From NCBI GenBank assembly GCA_903953565.1, contig CAJBKE010000017.1, positions 8,012 through 72,011 of the forward strand: a stretch of DNA of 64,000 nucleotides. The letters are read 5' to 3'. Below, one piece after another: positions 18,794 through 27,037 of this stretch. This DNA comes from an uncultured Verrucomicrobiota bacterium (lineage in GTDB: Bacteria > Verrucomicrobiota > Verrucomicrobiia > Chthoniobacterales > JACTMZ01). The stretch's first letter is position 1, and each line of letters opens with the position of its first letter. Made by a program: the position numbers and the translations under genes. The notes under the pieces are model-generated. The model saw nothing but the letters and a program-made list of their open reading frames with translations. It had not been told where the DNA came from and made no database searches.

Positions 18794-20299
18794 CTACCGA
18801 TCAGAGAAACGGTGCGACGATCCGGAGACCCGACTCACCCCCAGCCCCACCAGCAGTATCACCAGTGTCCCCACCACCACGGTCATAAAACTGTGGAAAG
18901 GACTCTGCAGCTCCTCCGGCCATGCCGCCGCCCCGGGGGTCAGGGTCATCCAAAGGATAACCAGCACCCCCGCTACCACAGCCGTGACCGCCGCCGGATT
19001 CCCCGCCCGCCGCGAAATCAGCCCGAGTAGAAACAGACCCAGCATCCCGCCGGCGAAAATCCCCGAGAGCGTCCACCAGGCATCGAGCGCTGCCTTGACC
19101 CCGATCATGGCCAGCGCCACCCCCGTCCCGAGCACTCCCCAGACCAAGGTCGCGCCGTGCAGCACACGCATCGACTCGCGCTCGTCCGCCTGCGGACGGA
19201 AAAACCGCAGATACCAATCGGTCAGCAGCAGCGTGGCCGACGAATTCAGGCTGGTCGAAATCGTGCTCATGGCCGCGGAAAAAATGGCGGCCAACAGGAG
19301 CCCTTTCGCGCCCGCCGGCAATTGGGTGAGAATGAAGTAAGGCAAAATGCGGTCCGCGCCATCCGCGCCACGCAACGACTCGGGCAGCAACTCCGGCTGC
19401 GCGCCGTAGAAAACAAACAACCCGGTGCCGATGAGGAAAAAGACGGCCGACACCGGAACGTAAAGCATCCCGCCGAACCACAGGCTCCGCCGCGCTGCCG
19501 TCTCGGAGCGCGCCGCCACGTAACGCTGCACGTAATTCTGGTCGATGCCGAAATTTTGCAGGTTTATGACAATCCCGTAGGCCAGCACGACCCAGAACGT
19601 CGATTCGCCCAAAGACGCCCCGAAGCTCCCGAGCGAAAATTTGTCGCCCGCCGCCGCGACATCCCAGCCAGCCGCCGCCCCGCCGGGTAAACCCGCGACC
19701 AGCAAGACGAGGCAGAGCAACGCACCGGCCATCAGGATCAAGGCCTGCACCGCATCGCTCCACATCACCGCCACAATCCCTCCTAGCATGCTGTAAATGA
19801 TGACCGACACCCCCGTCAGCAGGATGATCCAATGCATTTCCCACCCGAGCAAAAGATGCATCGGCAGCGCCATGAGGAACATGACCGATCCCATCCGCGC
19901 CAGCTGCGTGAGCAAATAGCAGACGCCCGCATAGACCCGCGCCCACGGACCGAACCGCGTTTCGAGGTGACTGTAGGCGGACACTTCGCCCGTCGCGCGG
20001 TAATACGGAACAAACCAACGCGCCGCGACCCACAAGGCCAGCGGCAACGAAAGACTGAACACAAAAGCATTCCAGTCCCCCGCATAGGCGCGGCCCGGCA
20101 AGGCGAGGAAACTGATGCTGCTGACATAGGTGGCAAGGATGGACAGACCGACGACCCAGCCCGGCATGGCGCCGTCCGCCTTGGTGAATCCGTCCGCCGT
20201 CGAACTCTTCCCCGAACGGTAAAAATAAGCCCCCACCCCGAGCATCGCGGCGAAATAAGCGCCGAGCACCATCCAATCGATGAGAGGCAGCGAGATCAT
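18794..20299 (-). CDS. sodium:solute symporter (SSS) family transporter
   Basis: 501-aa polytopic membrane protein. The N-terminus MISLPLIDWMVLGAYFAAMLGVGAYFYRSGKSSTADGF is typical of the SSS family. The overlapping track ORF 18801-20312 is an R/G-rich alternative frame, so I reject it. Confidence 0.8.
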   Translation of the reverse strand: MISLPLIDWMVLGAYFAAMLGVGAYFYRSGKSSTADGFTKADGAMPGWVVGLSILATYVSSISFLALPGRAYAGDWNAFVFSLSLPLALWVAARWFVPYYRATGEVSAYSHLETRFGPWARVYAGVCYLLTQLARMGSVMFLMALPMHLLLGWEMHWIILLTGVSVIIYSMLGGIVAVMWSDAVQALILMAGALLCLVLLVAGLPGGAAAGWDVAAAGDKFSLGSFGASLGESTFWVVLAYGIVINLQNFGIDQNYVQRYVAARSETAARRSLWFGGMLYVPVSAVFFLIGTGLFVFYGAQPELLPESLRGADGADRILPYFILTQLPAGAKGLLLAAIFSAAMSTISTSLNSSATLLLTDWYLRFFRPQADERESMRVLHGATLVWGVLGTGVALAMIGVKAALDAWWTLSGIFAGGMLGLFLLGLISRRAGNPAAVTAVVAGVLVILWMTLTPGAAAWPEELQSPFHSFMTVVVGTLVILLVGLGVSRVSGSSHRFSDR

Positions 20300-20338
20300 T
20301 CGGTTCCCTCAACTCTCATCCCTCAACCCTCAACTTTC
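20300..20338 (-). promoter_or_regulatory. intercistronic GTTGAGG-heptamer cassette with mini-uORF, copy 1 (nagZ to symporter)
   Basis: Sense strand reads TAG(nagZ stop)-GAAAGTTGAGGGTTGAGGGATGAGAGTTGAGGGAACCGA-ATGA. The internal ATG at 20319 opens ATG AGA GTT GAG GGA ACC GAA TGA (MRVEGTE). Its TGA overlaps the symporter ATG at 20299. Confidence 0.75.
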
Positions 20339-21436
20339 CTAATAAAGCTCCACCGGGGAGTGGCTACCGGCATCGGTGCTGCGTTGGTGGGCACGTTCCT
20401 CACCGAGCACAGCGACCCGCAAGTCCCAGATATCGCGGTTGATTGCGTCGAATTCCGTGCGCGTGAAAGCAGTGGCCGGGTGCATCTTCTTTTTGAAGTC
20501 GGCGACGCGATTCAGCGCGACTTCGAGCAAGGCGGGCGGTTGCGTTTCGAGCGTGGTCCGCGCCTGGTCGAGCATGCGCACGCGATGGCAGATCATGAGG
20601 AGGTCATTGCCCGCGGCAAGACCGAGACCGAGCATTTCATCGAATGTCGTCGTGTTGAGGATCGCACCCATGTCGAGGTCGTCGGTCATGACGAGACCAT
20701 TGAAACCCATATCGTCGCGGAGCAAGCCGTTGATCATGGCCGGTGAGAGCGAAGCAGGACGCGCCTCCGCCTCGAGCGATTTGTAATTGATGTGTCCGAT
20801 CATCATGCTGTCGACCAGCGGAGCGAAATGACGGAAAATGGCCAGTTCGTGCGCTTCCATCTCCTCGCGCGAACGGTCGATGACGGGGAACCCGTAGTGC
20901 GGATCCTCCCCCGCCATGGAGTAGCCGGGAAAGTGTTTGCCGCAGCTAAGCACGCCGCCGGCGCGCAGGGCACTGTTGAATTCTTCCGCGTTGGCAATCA
21001 CCTCCGCCACATCGCGCCCGTAGCAGCGACCGCGCAGGGAATTGTCAGCCTCGTCATCGAAGGAAATGTCGAGCACCGGGCAGAGATCGAGGTTGAAGCC
21101 GAATAGCCGGAGAATTTTCGCCGTAATTTCGCCGTGGCGACGAATGAGCGAAACATCGCCTTTGTCGCGGAGTTGCTGCGCGTTGGGCGGCTCTTCGCCG
21201 ATCAGCCGCAGGCGCGAGACGCGTCCGCCTTCCTGATCGATGGTGATGACCGGTTCGACGTCCGAAAGATCGCGCAGGTCGTCGATCAGTTTGCGCAGTT
21301 GTTCCGGCTCCTTGATGTTGCGTCCGAAAAGGATAAACCCGCCCGGTTGCACGCGGCGGAACATGGCCGCGGTATCCGCATCCAATTCCGTCCCCGGCAC
21401 ACCGACTAAAAGCAACTGACCGATATCGTTCGACAT
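20339..21436 (-). CDS. nagZ: beta-N-acetylhexosaminidase (GH3, NagZ-like)
   Basis: 365 aa, MSNDIGQLLLVGVPGTELD, ITIDQEGGRVSRL, KHFPGYS. Typical single-domain GH3 NagZ. Confidence 0.85.
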   Translation of the reverse strand: MSNDIGQLLLVGVPGTELDADTAAMFRRVQPGGFILFGRNIKEPEQLRKLIDDLRDLSDVEPVITIDQEGGRVSRLRLIGEEPPNAQQLRDKGDVSLIRRHGEITAKILRLFGFNLDLCPVLDISFDDEADNSLRGRCYGRDVAEVIANAEEFNSALRAGGVLSCGKHFPGYSMAGEDPHYGFPVIDRSREEMEAHELAIFRHFAPLVDSMMIGHINYKSLEAEARPASLSPAMINGLLRDDMGFNGLVMTDDLDMGAILNTTTFDEMLGLGLAAGNDLLMICHRVRMLDQARTTLETQPPALLEVALNRVADFKKKMHPATAFTRTEFDAINRDIWDLRVAVLGEERAHQRSTDAGSHSPVELY

Positions 21437-21506
21437 GCGCGTTCAGAAACCAGATCCGCCCTTGGCTGTCGAGAAGAAGAAAACCGCGGCTGCCCTCCCT
21501 CTCACT

Positions 21507-21575
21507 TGTAGCGGCGGTCTATGACCGTCGGAACATGTTTCGTTAAGGCACCGACGGACATAGTCCGCCGCTACA
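21507..21575. repeat. long imperfect hairpin (25-bp arms, 23/25 paired) overlapping the recQ stop codon
   Basis: TGTAGCGGCGGTCTATGACCGTCGG - 19-nt loop - CCGACGGACATAGTCCGCCGCTACA. A short relative, TGTAGCGGCGGCGCTACA, lies at 48334-48351. Confidence 0.75.
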
Positions 21576-23424
21576 TTTCAGAAAATGATAAGCGCGGCTT
21601 GGTCGCCAGCCACCCGCCGATCGCCGCAAGAAAAACCGCACCGTAGTCGGACAACTTCCGTTCCCCCACCCCGGGCACCTGGAGCAGGGATACTTCATCG
21701 CACGGATACTCCCTCGCCATGTGGCGCAATGTCGCATCGGAGAAGACCACATAAGGGGGCACGTTGCGGGCGCGGGCCAACTCGGCACGCAGTTTGCGCA
21801 AGACCTCGAACAATCCTTCGTCGCACTCGACCTCGCCGGCGCGCGGACGGCGTTTCCTTGATGCGCCGGGGCTTTTGTCTTTCGCCGGCATGACCATCGG
21901 ACGCACCAACTGCACCGGCGAACGGTCGCGCAACACCTCCATGCCGCGTTCCGTCACGCTGATCGTGGCAAATTTGTCCTCCGTGGCCTCAAGCAACCCG
22001 AGTCGCAGCAATTGGCGTCCGAGATCAACCCAATAAGCCCGCGGTTGGTCGCTGCCCACGCCGTGCGTGCTGACCGCGTCATGTCCCCAGCGCAGAATTT
22101 TTTCCGATTTGCCCCCGGTCAACACCTCGACGGCATGCTGCAGACCGGTGCTGAACCCGCTCTTCTGCCGCAGTCGCACCACGCAACTGAGCAACTTCTG
22201 GACGTCGGTCGTGGCGTCCCATTTTTCGCGCGGCGCGAGGCACTGATCGCAGGCGCCGCAGTTGTCCACGGTCCACTGCTCCCCGAAATAACCGAGAAGC
22301 GCCACGCGGCGGCAACGCTCGTCCTCGGCGAAATGCGTCATCTTCTCGAGTTGCGTCCGCGCCTCGCGGCGAGCCTGCAGGTCGGTGATCTCCTCGAAAA
22401 AGCGCAGATACTTCACCACGTCGCCGCGCGAGTAGAGGAGGAGGCACTCGGACGGCAACCCGTCCCGCCCGGCGCGCCCGGTTTCCTGGTAATAGCTCTC
22501 CACGTTCTTCGGCAGGTCGGCGTGGATGACGAAGCGAACGTTCGGTTTGTTGATCCCCATGCCGAAGGCGATGGTGGCGCAGACGACTTGGACTTCATCG
22601 CGGAGGAATGCCTCCTGGTTGCGCGAGCGCTCGTCGCCGTCGAGGCCGGCATGATAAGGCGCCGCTTCGATCCCCGCATCGCGCAAGGCAGTGGCGAGCG
22701 ACTCGGCCGCACGTCGTGATTGGGCGTAGACGATGCCGGACTCCCCCGGACGATCGCTCACGTATTTGACCACCTGCGCGGCGGCTTTCGCTTTGGGAAT
22801 GACGCGATAGGTCAGATTCGGACGATTGAAACTCGCGATGAATATTTCCGGATCGCGCAATTCAAGTTGCGTGCGGATATCTTCCCGCACCCGAGGCGTC
22901 GCCGTGGCGGTGAGAGCGAGCAGAGGAATGCCGGCGAATGCTTCCCGCACTTCGCGCAAGCGCCGGTATTCCGGCCGGAAATCGTGTCCCCACTCGCTGA
23001 TGCAATGCGCCTCGTCGACGGCGAGCGCCTTCATGCCCCACTCGCGCAGCTTGGGCAGAAAATCCGGCAACATGAGACGCTCGGGCGCAAGGTAAAGCAT
23101 GCGGTATTCGCCGGCATAAAGTTTGGCGAAACGCTTCTTGGCCCCGGCTGATTCGAGCGAAGAATTCAAAAACGTCGCCGCCACCCCGCTGGCCGTCAGC
23201 TGGTCAACTTGGTCCTTCATCAGGGCGATGAGCGGCGAGACAACGACGGTGAGCCCGTCACGCACGATAGCCGGCAGCTGGTAACAAAGACTCTTGCCCG
23301 CCCCGGTCGGCAGGATGGCCAAGGTATCGCGTCCGGCGAGGAACGACTCGGCAATCTCCCGCTGGTGCGGGCGGAACGTGTCGTAGCCGAAGACTTCTTT
23401 CAGCTTTTGTTCCAGCGCTGGCAT
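21571..23424 (-). CDS. recQ: ATP-dependent DNA helicase RecQ
   Basis: Start preferred at ATG 23424 (MPALEQKLKEVFGYDTFRPHQ). Walker A PTGAGKS, DEAH box VDEAHCISEWGHDFRPEY, a Zn-binding Cys cluster, and a C-terminal HRDC-like region. Confidence 0.93.
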   Translation of the reverse strand: MPALEQKLKEVFGYDTFRPHQREIAESFLAGRDTLAILPTGAGKSLCYQLPAIVRDGLTVVVSPLIALMKDQVDQLTASGVAATFLNSSLESAGAKKRFAKLYAGEYRMLYLAPERLMLPDFLPKLREWGMKALAVDEAHCISEWGHDFRPEYRRLREVREAFAGIPLLALTATATPRVREDIRTQLELRDPEIFIASFNRPNLTYRVIPKAKAAAQVVKYVSDRPGESGIVYAQSRRAAESLATALRDAGIEAAPYHAGLDGDERSRNQEAFLRDEVQVVCATIAFGMGINKPNVRFVIHADLPKNVESYYQETGRAGRDGLPSECLLLYSRGDVVKYLRFFEEITDLQARREARTQLEKMTHFAEDERCRRVALLGYFGEQWTVDNCGACDQCLAPREKWDATTDVQKLLSCVVRLRQKSGFSTGLQHAVEVLTGGKSEKILRWGHDAVSTHGVGSDQPRAYWVDLGRQLLRLGLLEATEDKFATISVTERGMEVLRDRSPVQLVRPMVMPAKDKSPGASRKRRPRAGEVECDEGLFEVLRKLRAELARARNVPPYVVFSDATLRHMAREYPCDEVSLLQVPGVGERKLSDYGAVFLAAIGGWLATKPRLSFSEM

Positions 23425-23540
23425 GGGCGGGAGTGTCTTCGCCGCGGACGGAACCGGCAAGCCGCGAGCCCGTCTTGCAGCGCTTCACACCCTGAAACAA
23501 AAAGGCCGCAAAATTTCCCGAGCCTTCCTAAGCTTCCGGC

Positions 23541-24101
23541 ATGCGCATCGGCATCTTCGGCGGGAGCTTCGACCCGATCCATCACGGACACCTCATTCTC
23601 GCCCGCGCGGCGCGCGAGGAACTCGGGCTCGACCGCGTGATCTTCATTCCGGCCAACATGTCCCCGCACAAGACGGAAACCAAGCCGTCCACCGCGCAGG
23701 ATCGCCTGGCCATGGTGCAGCGCGCCATCGCAGACGAAGACGGCTTCGCGGCGAGCGACATCGAACTGCTTCGTCCGCCGCCCAGCTACACCATCGAGAC
23801 TTTGCGCGAACTCAAGGCGTTTTATCCCGGCGACGAACTGATCCTTCTCATCGGCGCGGACAATGTAGCGAAATTCGAGACTTGGCGCGAACCGGACGAA
23901 ATTCGCAAGCACGCGCAGATCGCCGTCCTCGATCGCGCCCATCACGAAATTCCCGGCGATTGGACCGTGGTTCGGCGCCTGGTCGATATTTCGTCGACCG
24001 ACATCCGCAGGCGCATCCAAGCGGGAAAAAGCATACGCTATTTGACGCCCGGCAGCGTCTGCGATTACATCAAGGAACACGGTCTTTACCGCCAAGCGTG
24101 A
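23541..24101 (+). CDS. nadD: nicotinate-nucleotide adenylyltransferase
   Basis: 186 aa, MRIGIFGGSFDPIHHGHL (HxGH motif), ISSTDIRRRI. Confidence 0.92.
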   Translation: MRIGIFGGSFDPIHHGHLILARAAREELGLDRVIFIPANMSPHKTETKPSTAQDRLAMVQRAIADEDGFAASDIELLRPPPSYTIETLRELKAFYPGDELILLIGADNVAKFETWREPDEIRKHAQIAVLDRAHHEIPGDWTVVRRLVDISSTDIRRRIQAGKSIRYLTPGSVCDYIKEHGLYRQA

Positions 24102-24463
24102 CATCCGACTCCGAAGCCATCGCCCTCGCCGCAGCGCAAGCTGCCTCCGACAAAAAAGCGGAGAACATCCGCATCCTCGACCTGCGCAAGGTCTCGAGCT
24201 TCGCCGATTATTTTGTCATCTGCACCGGCACGAGTGAACCGCACCTCAAAGCCATCGGCTCGGAGATCCGCGAAAATCTCCGCGATAATCTCGGCCTGAC
24301 CGCCCATTCCGACGGCTTCCCCGCCAGCCAGTGGGTCGTCCTCGATTACCACGGCGTGATCATCCACATCTTCCAGCCGGACAAACGCGACTTCTACGAT
24401 TTGGAATCCCTCTGGCGCGACGCACCGCGCGTACCCTTCGAGGACGGCCCGGCACGAACCTGA
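24098..24463 (+). CDS. rsfS: ribosome silencing factor RsfS (iojap)
   Basis: GTG at 24098 overlaps the nadD stop. Motifs are SDKKAENIRILDLRKVSSFADYFVICTGTSEPHLKAI and WVVLDYHGVIIHIF. The nadD-rsfS pairing is conserved. Confidence 0.88.
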   Translation: MTSDSEAIALAAAQAASDKKAENIRILDLRKVSSFADYFVICTGTSEPHLKAIGSEIRENLRDNLGLTAHSDGFPASQWVVLDYHGVIIHIFQPDKRDFYDLESLWRDAPRVPFEDGPART

Positions 24464-24565
24464 CTTTGTTCGTCACCCACGCCGAGGACTGCGCGCGGCA
24501 TCGGTCTCTTTTCGGTGGTCCTCGGAGTCTATGCTTTTGCTTCCAACCTGCCGGGCTGACGACGG

Positions 24566-24877
24566 TCAGAAAAATCCGGACCGGAGCGAACCCGCCACCA
24601 AAAAGATCAAAGCGCTGAGAGCAGGAAGAGCGAGCGCGGCATACCACCAGCGACTGCGCCCTGTAGGGAAAGCGGCTATCCAAACCCCGGCGATCGCAGC
24701 CAGGCACATCAACGGGGCGGACAGCACAGCTCCGGCCATGGCCCACGTCGCCGTCAGGTCCGCCGAGTAGGGGTCATCAAAGAGAAACGGCGTGATAAAG
24801 ACGAGCAGGAGAGATCCGGCCAGGGCGCAAAGGAGAAGGAAGGTGAGAACAATCGCCACCCAGACCCGTTTGTGCAT
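24566..24877 (-). CDS. small hypothetical membrane protein (3 predicted TM helices)
   Basis: 103-aa ORF with hydrophobic segments VWVAIVLTFLLLCALAGSLLLVFI, WAMAGAVLSAPLMCLAAIAGVWIAAF and WWYAALALPALSALIFLVAG. I do not recognise a family. Confidence 0.5.
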   Translation of the reverse strand: MHKRVWVAIVLTFLLLCALAGSLLLVFITPFLFDDPYSADLTATWAMAGAVLSAPLMCLAAIAGVWIAAFPTGRSRWWYAALALPALSALIFLVAGSLRSGFF

Positions 24878-24974
24878 AGCCCAGTCTGGCCCCCATTATG
24901 TCGCCGACAAGGCAAGTTTTCCGCGCGAAAGGCATTCGACAGGCCTGCGGCAAAGGCGTATGGGTGGCGCTTTC

Positions 24975-25379
24975 ATGAAAACCACCCTCAGGATACTGGC
25001 GATCTTCACGCTCTTCGCCGCACCCCTCGCGCAAGCACAAACCCAAGGCGAGATGAACAACGAAGCGGCGGCCGACTTCAAAGGCGCGGACAAACAGCTG
25101 AACTCGGTTTATCAGGAAATTCTCTCGGACTACGCCGATGACGAGGTGTTTATCGCGAGCCTCAAGGAAGCGCAGCGCTGCTGGATCGCCTTCCGCGACG
25201 CGCAGCTCAAAATGAAATTTCCCGACCGGGAACCGGGTTACTACGGGAGCATTTTACCCTTGTGCGAAATGATGTATCTGACCGAATTGACGCAGGATCG
25301 CATCAAGGCGCTCCAGGTGTGGATCGACGGCGTGCAAGAGGGCGATATGTGCTCCGGCACCGTCAGGGTCAAACAGTGA
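24975..25379 (+). CDS. secreted DUF1311 / LprI-family (lysozyme-inhibitor-like) protein
   Basis: Start at ATG 24975 (MKTTLRILAIFTLFAAPLAQAQ signal peptide). The DUF1311 signature is ADKQLNSVYQEIL...LKEAQRCWIAFRDAQ. Confidence 0.75.
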   Translation: MKTTLRILAIFTLFAAPLAQAQTQGEMNNEAAADFKGADKQLNSVYQEILSDYADDEVFIASLKEAQRCWIAFRDAQLKMKFPDREPGYYGSILPLCEMMYLTELTQDRIKALQVWIDGVQEGDMCSGTVRVKQ

Positions 25380-26404
25380 AAACCGCATTCCTGCTTTGCG
25401 CCGCGTTGTTCGCCGCGGTTGCGCACACGCACGCCAACGACGGATTCGGCGGAATCGGAGCCAACGGTCTGGAGTTCGCGCAGAACGACAGGGTGGCGAT
25501 GAAGTCGGAAGATCTTTTCATCAGCCCGAAGAAAATCGCGGTATCCTATGTCTTTGAGAACACATCAGACGAGGATGTGACCGGCGAAGTCATCTTTCCG
25601 TTGCCGCCCATCGCATTGCAGGAACTAAAGGACCGAGACAGCAACCTTCCCAAGGACCCTGATCGCGAAAACCTGGTCAACTTCACCGTAGAGGTGGATG
25701 GCCAAAGTATCACTCCCGACATCGAGCGACGTGCCGTTCTAGTTTCCTTCTCCGCACGCATCGGCGATCCGGGAGGCGGCGAAGAGGTCGGCGGCGAGGA
25801 TATCACCGCGCTGCTGAAGGAAGTTGGTGTTCCGTTGACGCTTGAACCCGACCGCCTCATTGCCGCTTTGGATGCCCTCCCGCCCGCCAAAATACAAAAG
25901 TTGGTCTCTGCAAAACTTCTCGACGTCGACAACGACCTGCAGGGCTATGACCGCTACTCTTTCAACTGGGGTATCTCCATCCGCTACCATTGGAACCAGA
26001 CATTCCCCGCAGGCGCCCAAGTCTCCATCCGCCACGAATACGAGAACCATCCGCCCGGCGGTGTCTGGATGTGGCAACATCCTGTGCCCGACGGCGAATG
26101 GCAGCAGGAAATCGCGCGGCGTTACTGCATCGATGATGAAACCTCGAAAGCGCTTACCCGCTGCCAGGCGGCCTACCAAATCGACTACATCCTGCGCACA
26201 GCCAACACATGGAAGGGACCGATCGGGAAGTTCAAGCTCACGATCGACAAGGGCGACCCGCGCAACATCCTCTCCCTTTGCGCCGACGGCGTGGAGAAGA
26301 TCGGCCCGACCACCTTCGTCATCGAAAAAACCGATTACACGCCCCCCGAGGATTTGAGTATCCTTATTGCAACCCCGGGCTACATCGCCATTCCAGGATA
26401 TTAG
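25376..26404 (+). CDS. DUF4424-family secreted protein
   Basis: GTG at 25376 overlaps the upstream stop (GTGA). Signal peptide VKTAFLLCAALFAAVAHTHA. The N-terminal region NDGFGGIGANGLEFAQNDRVAMKSEDLFISPKKIAVSYVFENTSDEDVTGEVIFPLPP is typical of DUF4424. Confidence 0.7.
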   Translation: MKTAFLLCAALFAAVAHTHANDGFGGIGANGLEFAQNDRVAMKSEDLFISPKKIAVSYVFENTSDEDVTGEVIFPLPPIALQELKDRDSNLPKDPDRENLVNFTVEVDGQSITPDIERRAVLVSFSARIGDPGGGEEVGGEDITALLKEVGVPLTLEPDRLIAALDALPPAKIQKLVSAKLLDVDNDLQGYDRYSFNWGISIRYHWNQTFPAGAQVSIRHEYENHPPGGVWMWQHPVPDGEWQQEIARRYCIDDETSKALTRCQAAYQIDYILRTANTWKGPIGKFKLTIDKGDPRNILSLCADGVEKIGPTTFVIEKTDYTPPEDLSILIATPGYIAIPGY

Positions 26405-26482
26405 AAGCCGGCAGACCAGCGGGGAGTTCACTCCGCACAAAAAGCTTGCCCCCGTCCGCGCCTCGGGAAGGATGACCGCTCC

Positions 26483-27037
26483 ATGAAAACAACGTTCTTC
26501 ACCCCCGTCGTCGCCGTCATTTTCACCGTTGCCAGCCTCGCCGTCGCGAAGGCCGAGACCAAGACGCTCCACTACCCCACACAGGACGCCACGATGTTCA
26601 GCATCGATGCGCCGGCCGATTGGAAAGTTACGGAGATCGAAGAGGTTGGCGGTTACGGCAGCCTCGAGAGCGAGAACGGATCCATCCTCCAATTCCGTGC
26701 CGTGGAGTGCGAGAGCGAGGAGGAAGCCCGCAAGGAGGTCGACTCGATCACCGGCTCAACCCCTGACTTCCTGCAGGAGAATTACACCGACATCCAGCTC
26801 CAGGATGCGGAGAGAATCACGATCGAGGGCCGGCAGGGCGCGCAACTGGCCGGATCCGGCAAAGACAAGGAGGGCAATAACGTGGAGTTCCTCTCCGCTT
26901 TCGTACTCCTCACGCCGACCACGGTCGCCGAAATCTGGGCCGTGATTTATCCGGAAGGCAGAGGCGACAATGATCTCGCCATCGCCAAGACCGTGCTCGA
27001 CTCGTTCAAACCGACCGGATCGTCCGGCGGCGAATAA
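26483..27037 (+). CDS. hypothetical secreted protein
   Basis: 184 aa with signal-peptide-like N-terminus MKTTFFTPVVAVIFTVASLAVAKA. Acidic, and I do not recognise a family. Confidence 0.6.
   Translation: MKTTFFTPVVAVIFTVASLAVAKAETKTLHYPTQDATMFSIDAPADWKVTEIEEVGGYGSLESENGSILQFRAVECESEEEARKEVDSITGSTPDFLQENYTDIQLQDAERITIEGRQGAQLAGSGKDKEGNNVEFLSAFVLLTPTTVAEIWAVIYPEGRGDNDLAIAKTVLDSFKPTGSSGGE

Noticed and set aside
18801-20312. 503-aa ORF on the same strand as the SSS symporter but in another frame
   Set aside because: It is an R/G-rich non-membrane sequence. The 18794-20299 frame gives a coherent polytopic transporter.
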